This document shows positions 53,695 to 64,000 of a stretch of DNA of 64,000 nt, piece after piece. The notes beneath the pieces are model-generated. The model made no database searches, was not told the origin of the DNA, and saw only the letters and a program-made list of their open reading frames with translations. Source of the DNA: Nitrospirota bacterium (GTDB taxonomy: Bacteria; Nitrospirota; UBA9217); the NCBI GenBank assembly GCA_963818475.1, contig CAWFSF010000006.1, positions 1,504,001 to 1,568,000 on the forward strand, in the 5' to 3' direction. Made by a program: the position numbers and the translations under genes. The number at the start of each line of letters is the position of its first letter. Positions within the stretch are counted from its first letter, which is position 1.

Positions 53695-54392
53695 CTAATG
53701 CCCGACCGCATGCGCAGCTCGGCGATCCAGATCTTGACCTGCGCGTCCGCGGGCATCGCCTCGCTGTAAATCTCGAATTGTTTGAGCGCGCATTCCGGAT
53801 CATTCAGATACAGATCGCAGAGGATCCCGAGATTTCTATGGAGCGGGAAGATAGTCCGGAAAACTCGCGATCGCCTTCTCATAGATCTCCCGGGCCTCGT
53901 TGAAAACGGCCGTTCTTGCGAAGCAGCAACCCATATTCATTACTGGCCACCGGGTGATCGGGAACCAGCCCCAAAGCGGTTTTGAGGTGCTGCTCGGCCG
54001 GCTCCAGCTTTCCGGTCCGCATGATAGGCCACCGCAATGTTGATATATGGCGCCGTGACGCCCGGTGACCGCTCGATCACCTTTGTCAGAAGTTCGATGG
54101 CCTTGTCATTTTTCCCGTCGTTCATCATGGCGACGGCGCGCTCGAATTCGCCGCGCGACTCAGCATCCATGCTCGGGTTTTCCCGTGATGACGAATCCTT
54201 GCCGCCCATCTTCGAGCCGTCGCCACGGATGGTCCCTGAACGGATGGTCCTTGATCTGCAACGGGCTGCTGCGTGACCTTGGCGTTGGTAGCGCACCCGG
54301 AAAAAACCGCGAGTACGATCACCAGGGCCACCCACCCGGCCCGCTCTTCGGACTTTCGACCGCCATACCAGCTCTGCATTCTTGACCTGCAT
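53695..54392 (-). CDS. TPR lipoprotein, GltE/AglT-like (multiple frameshifts)
   Basis: Lipobox FSGC, FERAVAMM...APYINIAVAY, and NLGILCDLYL...VKIWIAELRMR. Confidence 0.75.
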
Positions 54393-54450
54393 CGCCCAGC
54401 TCCCTGTCTCGTTCATGTCAACCCTGATGAAATCGTAATAAATCAAATTA

Positions 54451-54520
54451 GCCACGGAGTCAAGGAAGAAACCGTATAATCTACTTAAATCTTTTCTCCG
54501 TATCTCAGTGTCTCCGTGGT
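54451..54520. repeat. 9-nt-period inverted-repeat element (CACGGAG family)
   Basis: GCCACGGAG ... CTCCGTATCTCAGTGTCTCCGTGGT between the two TPR genes. Confidence 0.55.
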
Positions 54521-54550
54521 GGATCATGACTTTTTACGAGACGATCAACC

Positions 54551-57500
54551 TTATTCGACCTTGTCAGATGGTGCACCCTTGTTGCCGTTGTCGTCCACTC
54601 CCGGCGCCGCTTCTTTGGCCTCATCCGGTTTGGCGGCCTGCGGCGGCTCTGCGGCTGGCTCCGTTTCCTGGGCCTCAGCCGGCTTCGCATCCTGCTTCGC
54701 TTCTCCGGCCTGCGCCGCCGCCCCTTCGGGCGCCTGCGGCGCGGGCGGCTCCGGACGTTCAATGGCGAACATGTAACTATCCAGCGAAGCGATGACGGGG
54801 CTCTCCTCTTCCGGCTTGTCGTAGCGGGCGGGAACGAACTTGGCCAGTTTCTGCAGACTCTTGTCGATCCACTCGTTGTAAACACCGAGGGAGATCAGCT
54901 CGAGATTGCTCTTATGCATTGCAATGGCCTTCTCTTCGAAGGGATAGGCCTGCTCCTCGATGGCCAGTTCGTACTCTTCCCGTTCCAATGCGCTCAGTCC
55001 TGCGGGACGTTCGGACTCCTTCAGGTCCTTGCTGAAGTGGGCATAGATCTCGGCCAGATAGAAGGTCGCCGCGGCGGTGACCTCACCGACTTCATAATCG
55101 AGAAGTTTGTTGAACTGCTGGGTCGCCACCTTCATCAGCTCCTTCTTCTTGCGCAGGTTGGCCTCGAAGGGTTCGACCAGTTTGACCCCGGCGAACTGGT
55201 CGAAGGTTTGCTCGGCCAGAACCAACGCGGCTTTGCCGGCAAGATAGCGGGTCCGCGGCGTACGCTCGCCGCCGGCGCCCGCATCAATGGCGACGATCTG
55301 CCTGAGCTCGGCGAGATAGTTGTCCCGATCGTTCTTCTTCTTCAGAGATCCGCGATTTTGTTGCGCGTTTCCAGGTTGGGTTCCACCGGATGCGGGAAAT
55401 AATCCACATAGCGCCGGTACACCTCGAGCGCGCGGGCCTGGTTGCCCGACCTTTTCATGCAATTCCGCCGCGATCAGCAGCGCCTCCCGCCTTACCTCAT
55501 CATCCTGGGATTCTCTTTCTATGCGTTCATATTCATCGGCCGCGAGGGAGAGCTGCCCATCCTCGCGATAGACGTAGGCGATCTTCTTGGTCACCTCGGG
55601 CTGCAGTGCGTGTCCGGGGAACAGGTCCCGGAAGCCCACCAGCACAGCCGCCGCCATCTTCCAGTCCTTGAGCTGGATCAGGGCGGCGGCCGCATCGTAC
55701 TCCGCGGTCACCCTGATCTTGGAGGTCGGGGCCATACGCCCCACCCGCAGGAAATGCTCCGCCGCTGCCCGATAATCCGCCGGCGCATTCGCCTGTTCGC
55801 CCTGCTTGTAAATCGCTGCCGCAAGATTGTCGATCAGGGCATCGCGGCTTTTGTCCCCGGCGGGGAGCAGCGCCAGCACCTTCACGTAAGCGGTTTCGGC
55901 TTCGCTGTAGCGATGCAGCTCGTAGGATGAGTGGCCGACCACCAGCCAGGCTGCGCGCACGACCTCCGCCTCGGCGCCGGGGAATGCCTCGATGAAGCTT
56001 GCGTGCGGCAGCCACCGCCGGTTCATAATCCCGCATGTCGTACAGATCATCCGCGGCCGCCCCCAGAACGATCGCCGCCTTCTCGTGCTCCGGATAGGTG
56101 TCGGCAAACTTCAGCGAGCTGCGTACGACCTCCCGCTTCACCTGATCTTTTGCCGCGGGCGCAGCGCCGGCGAGGTGTTGGCGATAGGCGTAAATTGCCG
56201 CGTAGCCGGCCTGCGAGGACTTTTCGTGGCGCGGATATTCATAGGCGGTCTTCTCGTATTCCACCGCCGCCAGATCAAAGGAGCGGTTTTCCAGCAACAG
56301 ATCCGCCAACATGATAATTGATGGCCGGCGATTCGGGGTCCATCGGGAAGGAGGTGAGGAATTCCTCGATACCAGTGCAGCGCTTCTTCGAAGTTCGTCT
56401 TTTTTTCCTTGATCTGCTTCGGGCTCTGGTAAAGCGCGTGATAATGCTTGGCCAGGTCGGTGAGGTTCGTTTTGAGCCAGGCCAGAACTTCCGGACGGGC
56501 GCCCGGTTCGAAATGCTTCCAGTATTCGGCCTTGAGCCCGTAGTTGTCGGCAAATTGCTTTTTCGCGTCAATGACCAGGCTGGGGAACGCCGCCGGCAAG
56601 ATGGATTTCGATCACCCGCATGTGGAATTGCGGCGATACCTTGTGGAACGGATTGCGGCTGACAAAGGCGTTGTAGGCTGCAGCGGCGTCGCTGTAACGG
56701 CGTTTGTCGAAGTAGAATTCCCCGAGGTTGCTGTAGACGCCGTCCTCGTAACTGCGCTTGCCGTGGCGGGTGAAGTACTCGACCACGGAGTCGGCGCCGC
56801 CGAGGTTGGAAAAGCTCAGGCTGATGACCCGGAAGGTGTCATCGATGCGCTTGCGTTCCGGCTCGTCCGCGGTCTGGGCAAAGTCGTAGCCCACCGACAC
56901 CTTGTGGTCCAGCAGCGCAATGAACCGGTGCAGGGCCTCGTCATAGAGTTCCTGCTTGTAAAAGGTCCAGCCCAGCTTGTACAGGGCGAGCTCGTAGAAT
57001 AGGATGAAGAGACACCCATGGTCACGATGCTGCCGTAGGCCTCCTCGGCATCCAGGTAACGCCTGCGGGTGAAGAAGTATTCGGCGCGCCGGAACTGCAC
57101 TTCATCGATATATCGGGACCGCGGGATAGTCGCGCACCAGCCGGTCCATGACCGCCATGGCCTCCTCGATCTGCCCCAGTTCCTCATAGGCGCGGGACAT
57201 CTGATACAGCACCTGGTCGTTGCGCTCGTACAGGGGATAATCGTTCAGCAGTTTCTTGTAGAGCGCGATGGCCTCACGGGCGCCTGCCCGTTCCAGGTCC
57301 TCGGCGCCGCGACAAGGCTCCGTCCGCAGCCGCCGCCGTGCCGGCCACCGGCGCGCTCTGGGTCGCCCTTTTCTCAAAATCCGCCTGCGATTCGCCTGGC
57401 ACCGGGTTCCTGCGCCGGTGCAGGACCAGAGGAGCCGCGCGGGCGCGACCTCCGGACGCGCCGCGCGTTCCGGAGGAGGCAACGCAGCGGCGGAGACCCG

Positions 57501-57788
57501 GCGGTCCGCTGCGGCATCGCCGGAAAGAAGGCCATATTCCCTTTCGATCTTCAGGTCTGCCAGGCGACGAATCGCCTCCGGCGACAGGGCCGAGTCCGGC
57601 GTTTCTTCCAGAAAGCGCCGGTAACCCTCCATGGCTTTCTCGAGCCCGCCTTCGATCTTCTCTTCCTTGATTTCGATCTGCATGTTACGCAACTTGGCAA
57701 TCGTATCCTTGCCGCCGCCCGACTGACAGGCGGTCAGGAGCAGCGGCAGCGCGAGCACGCTCCATCGAAGACAATTCGTTGTCCTCAT
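54551..57788 (-). CDS. Large TPR lipoprotein, GltD/AgmU-like (many frameshifts)
   Basis: Lipobox LTAC, EAIRRLADL, NDQVLYQMSRAYE, AIYKQGEQ and YELAIEEQAYPFEEKAI..H..N motifs. Confidence 0.8.
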
Positions 57789-59685
57789 TGCTCGGCCCTC
57801 TTCCGGCGCTGGGCCTTGCTGGCACGGTCGTAGCTGTCCGCCATGGCGAAGCGCGCCTTGATCTGGAATTCGTCAAGCCGGTCGCGGCGCTTGGTGAGTT
57901 CATTCACGGCCATGGTCTCGAGCATCTGCCCCTGACGTGCCATCAGTTCCCCCACTTTTTCCCGGGCGGCCGCGATCCGGGTCCGCTGGCGGCGGATCAC
58001 CTCGTCGTACCCTTCGTAGCTTTGCGTGGCGGCCTGGCGGGTACGCACAAAGGCAGTGTACTGCCTGTTCAGCAGGTCGATCACCTGGTTCAGATCGCGA
58101 AGGTTCTTGTGCGCCTCGGTAAGGCGCTGGTCATATTCCGTATGAGATGTTCCAGTCCAGCACCCCCCGCAGCCGCCTGATCCGGTCCTCGACGTCGTCG
58201 GGCGCGGCCGCGCCGTCCGGCGCGTCAGCGTCTGCTCCAGATGCGCCAATCTGTTCGCTGATGATCCGTTCCTCCGCGGTCGCCAGATAATCGGGGCGCG
58301 GCGCCACCAGCATGGCCTGCAGCCGTTGTTCGATCCGGTCCCGCTGCTCCAGGCGCAGCCGCATCTGCGAGTCGAGCCGTCTGAATTCCCGGTCGATCGC
58401 GGGAAGCAGCGGCTGGTAATACGCCCGGCGCTGCTCGATGATATCCTCGAAGGCGTCCAGGTCCCCTGACCAGACCTCCAGCTTCTTGCGCAGCTGCTCC
58501 AGGTCGAGATAGTTTTTCAGCGATTCCTGAAAATCATGGGAGGCCATCAAATCGAGCAGGTAGAATGTCTCGGGCGTTTCCGGCAGCTCGCGCAGCTTGA
58601 CGACCCAGTCGGCATCCTGTTTCAGCTCTTCCCGCACCAGGGCCTTGAGAAATTTGCCTTCGCGGATACTGCGTGATCGATGCGCCGAGCTTGTCGATCT
58701 TCCTTGCCGAACGCCTCCAGCGCCCTGCCATACATCAGTGCCGCCTTGCCGTACACGTTCGAGCTTCCCGTAGGCATAGGGGACGGCGAGCATGGCTTCC
58801 TGCACCGACGGAGTCCGTGACCTCGCGTTCGGCCAGGATGCTCCAGGGCACCAGGGCCTGTTCGAACCGTCCCTGAGAGGCGTCTGCCCAGCCCGAACCG
58901 AGCAGCGCCCGGTTGGAGAACGGCCCGCTCAGACGCACCCGGTCGAGCACCTGCTTGGCGCCCTCGAAATTCTTTTCACTCATCAGCTTGTCGCCGAGGA
59001 CAAGGTTCGACTTGTCCTTGATCGCCAGCGTGGCCGGATTGTCGCTCTCGATCTGGCCGGTACGGTCGAGATACTGGCGCCCTTCCTGCTCCTTCCCGCT
59101 CCTTGAGCAGCGCGATCCCGAGGTTGTACGTGGCAAAACCTTCCAGGCTCTTCGCACCTTGGAGGTCTTTCAGGATGCGGGCGGCATCATCGAAGCGGCC
59201 GTTGGCCATAAGGATTTGCGCGCGCAGGAATTCCAGATCATCGCGAATTTCCTGCGGGAACGGCGCCCCGGATGCGTTCCACGGCCTGCAGGGCATTCTC
59301 CGGCTGGTCTTTCTGGAAGTAGATCCGGGCCAGGCGGAAAATGGCCTCGTTGCGCACGGTCTCCTCGACATTGCCCTCGATCACCGCCTTGATGGCGCGC
59401 CCGGCGCGCTGGTGCATCCGGTAGAACAGTTCGAAATCACCCACGTCAAACTCGGCCTGGTCGACATGGTAGTAAAGCGAGTCGAGCGCGGGCTCATCGA
59501 GCCCGCGGTACTGCCCCAGTTCGGTGTCGAGCCGGGCAGATGGCCTCGAACCAGTCCCCCTGATAGGCGTAATACAGGGCCTCTCCGAAATAGAGGTCCT
59601 TCAGGTCTTTTGGCGTGGCTGTGCCGGCCGCCAGTGCAGGCGCTGCGAACAACAGGGAAGCCAGCAAGACAAGCAATCTGGACAT
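57785..59685 (-). CDS. Exported TPR/coiled-coil protein, GltC-like (many frameshifts)
   Basis: Signal peptide, DLYFGEALYYAYQ, VRLSGPFSNRALLGSGW, QEAMLAVPYAY and KARFAMADSYDRA motifs. Confidence 0.75.
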
Positions 59686-59688
59686 ACG

Positions 59689-60215
59689 CTACCAATCCTT
59701 AAGGGTGATAGTTTGAGCATCGGAACCGGCCAGGTGAACCTCCACCATCTTGGGTCCCACATCCTTGTTGAACTTGAAAGCTTTCCGTTCCGCGGAGATC
59801 GGATCCGCCCTCGGTTTTGCCGGTCAGGAGTACCTGCAGGTCGTGCTCGCCGGATCTGACATTGCCGGTATAGATGCGCTGCACCCCCCCCTTCTGCAGC
59901 GCTTCGAGCTCCTTGAAGGTGTAGAGGTGATGAGCGACCGGCTTGCCGTCCAGCTGGATCTCCATCGAATCGAGGCGGAAATTTCGCCCCGTTGTCCAGC
60001 GACACGAAGACGGCGACCTGGGTATTGGATGGATACAGCAGCTTCTCTTCGAGCAGGTTCAGCTGCGCCGCGATGCCGAGAACATCGGTCTTGATCTCCT
60101 GGACCTGTTCATCCAGGCCCTTGATCTGTTCCTTGGAGACTTCCTCCGCATAGGCAGGGAAGCTCAGCATCAGCATCGCAATGGAGAGAATGAACCCTTT
60201 TAACATGTTGAACAT
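59689..60215 (-). CDS. Exported hypothetical protein of the Glt-like operon (frameshifted)
   Basis: Signal peptide, LNLLEEKLLYPSNTQVAVFVS and HLYTFKELEALQKGGVQRIYTGNV..GEH. Confidence 0.75.
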
Positions 60216-60245
60216 GGCTGCCTCCTGTAAATCAAAAGAGCATCT

Positions 60246-60389
60246 GGACGCGATTTACGCGGATAAACGCGGATTTAAAAGCCTGATTAAAAGCATGATG
60301 AATCCTTTTCTTGAATTAAATCATAAACAGAATCTTGATTTATCTGCGAACCTGCGTCGCCTGAGCGCCTCTGTGGTCATCTGCGTCCA
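60246..60389. repeat. 9-nt-period inverted-repeat element (GACGC(A/G)GAT family)
   Basis: TGGACGCGATTTACGCGGATAAACGCGGAT ... ATCTGCGAACCTGCGTC...ATCTGCGTCCA. Confidence 0.65.
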
Positions 60390-60398
60390 AATGTCTAT

Positions 60399-63300
60399 TT
60401 ACATTTTCCCGACGATATTGATGAACAGCCCCTGGTGCCTGTAATCCAGGTCGGTCAGATCATCCGAGAACTTGCTGAAGTTGTAGCCGACCCCCACCTT
60501 GATGTGATTGCCCAGATGCCGGTAGATCCCCACCAACACCCCGCTGCGGCTGTCCTGGGCGTCGGGCAGGTCGAGCAGGCGGCCCTCGATCAGGGCGTCC
60601 CAGCGGTGGACGAAGTGCCAGTCGGCGCGCACGCACATACAGGTGAGGCCCGGCTGTCGAAGTACTCGGGATTGACCCGGTCCAGGCTCACCTGCCCCAG
60701 CCGATAGGCGTACTTGCCGCCCACGGTCCAGCGTGACGTCAGATCGTACATGACATCCACCGACGCCGATGTGACTGCGCTGGATAACGCCGGCCGCCGT
60801 GCTGGTGCCGCTGATCTGTTCCGCTGCCGGCACATTGTAGAAATAGGTGTACTTGAGCAGGGCGTTGAGCCGGTCATTGTTGACGGGACGGTAGGCATAG
60901 CCCATCACCGCCTCGGTATAGCTGCCGTCGTAGAACTGGCCCTGCGAACTGTCGCTCTGGGCATAGTTGAATTTGCCGATGAGCCGCCAGTCCGGGGACA
61001 ACTGGTATTTGAGGCTGTTTTTCAGCAGCCAGGTGGTGCGTTTGATGGTGCTGGTATCCGGCTGCTCCGAATCATCCACCCGGTATTCCAGGGCGCTGGC
61101 TATCTTCAGCTTCTCGAATCCATAACCGGCGCTCACTCCGGCCGCCGTTCTCTTGATCTCGGCCCCTGTCAGATTGTCCTGCAGGGTGCCGAAATCGAGA
61201 TTCGCTCCGAAATTGAGGCGATCGGCGGGCGCGAGTTCCACACCGGTGGAATGCATCAGACCGGTGGGGACATCGCCATGGGTATAGCGCTCTTCCAGAT
61301 AGACACTGGCGCTGTCCGAGTAGCGGGTGCGAAACCCTGATGCCATGTTCCCCTTTCTGGCTCGCAGGCCGTTGTCCGAACGCTCGTTCTCCAGGGCATA
61401 ATTGAGGTAGAGCGTGGTCCGGTCGGAATAGAGATACTCGGTGCCGAGCCGGCCGGCCGCGCCGAGGTCCCCCTCGGAGACCTCGCCGTTCAGCTTAAAG
61501 CGGTCGGTCACCCGATAACCGCCGCCGACGCCGATCCGGCCATTGTCCTCGCGATTGCCGCTGGTCTGAACCGACTCCTGCGCGAAACCGTAGCCGCTCC
61601 ATCGCGCCTTGGAATCATACAGCGCCTTGGCCACCACATCGGTGCGGTCGCCCTCTTCCTGGGTCAGGGGAACCACCGGCGAATTGTCCTCGCGGCTGTC
61701 CCGGCGCACGCCCGAACTCAGCGTCCAGTGGTCAGTCACCTGGTAATCGAGATTCAGTTCAGCGGCCTCTGTTTCAAGCCCCTGGTCCACGGTCCGCTTG
61801 TCGGCCTTGAGATGCAGCCCCAGACGGTCGGTGATGGGCAGTTCCGCCGTGCCGCCGAGTTGAGAGGTATCCCGATCGGTGACCAGACCCGGCGCTGAAT
61901 AACCCGCCTCGAGTTCCTGGTTGTATAAGGTGATCCGCCCCTTCCAGTTTTCGAAGAAGTCCTGGAAGCCGACGCTGACATCGACACGGTGGGCCATGGC
62001 GTCGACATCGGATTGACTCAGAGGGCCGGTGGTGCTGAAATTGAAACCGCCATCCAGCGAATTCGTGGTGGCAGAGACCCGGCCCCTTGCTGCGGCCGGC
62101 TTCGAGCTTGACCCAGGTACTGGATGACTTGCGGATGGTCACATCCGCGCCATCCAGGCTGTTGTCATTTCCCTCTTCCTCGTCCCGGCTGGTGGTCACG
62201 CCGACCTTGACATGGTCGCCGAGCCAGTAATGGGCCCGGCCGCCAAACGCCATCGCATCCAGGTCCTCGACCCCGGGCGTGATATTCGTAACGGACCACC
62301 AGAAAGACGGGGTTGCCGCCGGTCGAGTCGCTGTGCACCAGCAGAGAGTCGTCCGCCGTCGAGGCCAGGGGCTGGGTCAGCAGCAGGCGGCCCTGCAGGT
62401 AGTCGATGTCGTAATCGAGAACCGGCGTCAGGTTCTTGACGCGCCAGCACCATGCCTGAATCCTTGTCGCGGACCTCGATGCGCACCCGTTCGGACCCTT
62501 GAAGGAGGTCCTGCCGACGCAGGAAGTAAAGGGAGCCGCCGGTCCCCCGGAACTCATCGCGGCCCGCCACCGTCCCCGGTTCGGCGGCAAAACCGTCGAC
62601 CATGAAGCGCTGCTCGCCGAAACTGGTGACGCCAGGGGTCTGATAATGGAGGTTCCCGCCGTAAAGCCCACGGTCCACGTGCGCCAGGTCGTTATCGGTA
62701 TAGCCGACCTTGAAATTGCCCCAGAGGCCGTAGTTCTCATCTTTTTTCAGCTTGACGTAGAACTTGCCGCATGGTCGGGGCATCTTCCACGACGGTGCTG
62801 TCATCGCCGAAGGTCGGGAAATGATAATCCGGGTCGATACGCCGGAACAGCGCCTCAGGCGACTTGTCCAGGAAGTTGCTGAAGATCTCGTCCAGCGGCC
62901 CTTCGCGCGTATCGGCGCTGGCCGTCAGCCCCCAGCCGTTGCCGAACTGGCCTTTCGTATAGAAGGCAAGCCGTCCCTGGAGGTCAAAGTCGTCGCTGTA
63001 TTGCGGCTTGTCCGGGGCGAGCAGCTTGGCCGGACCGTTGGTCTTGTTGGCCGACAGGGTCAGGTCGGCGATGCCCACCGTGAACCAGTCGTTCTTCTCC
63101 AGCGCCAGATCGCGCAGAAAGAGTTCGCCGTTGCCGGACTTGTCGAGCACGGCCACCTCGACGGTATGCATGCCCGTCGGCAGGATTTCCTCGGCGATGA
63201 AACGGCCCTTGCCGTCCACCGGCACCGGGTATCCGGCCAGCCAGACGCCGTGTCCGGCGGGAATCGCGCTGCCGTGGGCCTGGACGGTCCCGCCGCTGAG

Positions 63301-64000
63301 CGGGATGTTCCTGCTGGCGATGCGGCTTTCGCCGTAGCCGGCCAGCAGTTCCGTCCGCGGGTCGGCCTCGGCAACCGACGCGATCGATCTGGTCGACCAC
63401 CCACAGCGGCTGGGCCGTGGTCTCGTCGAAGTGGCCGTTCGCATCGTAAACGCGGACCAGATATTTGAGCTGCCGCCCCGGCGCGGAGAAGGTCTCGAAA
63501 CCGGGCTGCCATTCCGCCATGCCCTCGTCATTCATGGGGATGACGGCCACGGGCGTGTCGCGGACCGACTGGGCCTCATCGAAAACCCTGACCTCCGCCC
63601 GCTTGATGAAGCTGTGGTAGTTGGCGTAGAGGCGAAAGCGGACCAGGTTCTCGGCAAACTCGGTCTCCGCAAGGTCCTGATAGCGGATGCTGCGCGGCCA
63701 TGCGGTCACGTTCAGCCGTGGCTCCGCCTTCAGGTTGTCGTACTTGAACTCGATCTGGGCATGATCAAGGGCCACGTCGGTGCAGCGCTGCACGTCGGGA
63801 ATGCTCTTGCCCGGATCGTCGATCGGCTTGCCGTCGACCGAGATGCGCATGAGATTGAGGCCGAAGGGATTGGCCGTGCTCACCTCGCGGGTCATGCGGG
63901 TGATGTCCACCCCCTCGTAGTCATCGAGGGCGACGAGTTCATCATAGACGACCTGCACCTCGACCCGCGAGGTATCCGACTCGATGAAGCCGACATTGAC
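60399..64000 (-). CDS. 3' part of a very large outer-membrane protein (OmpA-family/DUF11-associated type) with C-terminal beta-barrel; frameshifted and truncated by the window edge
   Basis: About 1200 codons over joined ORFs with GRLAFYTKG, DYHFPTFGDDS, GTGGSLYFLR.QD...GSERVRIEVRD and DYDIDYLQGR. The amphipathic strands end GVGYNFSKFSDDLTDLDYRHQGLFINIVGKM. Confidence 0.8.

Overview
This is a 64-kb bacterial chromosomal window of moderately high GC. Gene content suggests a Nitrospirota or Desulfobacterota-like diderm (inference only). Single-base frameshifts break dozens of genes, including era, katG, kdpD, thiC, thiE and rmuC, so most are probably long-read assembly indels rather than true pseudogenes. 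Left to right: (1) a cell-envelope group (M15 peptidase, TPR-YARHG protein) and a nuclease-DinG helicase; (2) a 5.4-kb zone with five co-oriented integron attC-like sites and no integrase, carrying truncated toxin-antitoxin modules, a GNAT cassette, dedA and era, followed by katG; (3) nadA; (4) a potassium supercluster (two small peptides plus kdpABC, an unknown periplasmic protein, kdpDE, a KimA-like APC transporter, and a kup-cupin-diheme diguanylate cyclase operon) whose three promoters share one KdpE-box-like architecture; (5) rmuC and more GGDEF proteins; (6) a TPP-riboswitch thi operon; (7) a CsbD/BON general-stress cluster; (8) a complete IS481-like element with a 6-bp target duplication; (9) a >13-kb Agl-Glt-like (ExbB/ExbD/TonB/TPR) trans-envelope operon headed by a giant outer-membrane barrel protein. 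Several unrelated families of palindromic or short-period repeats occupy many intra-operon gene junctions. No rRNA, tRNA or CRISPR array was seen.
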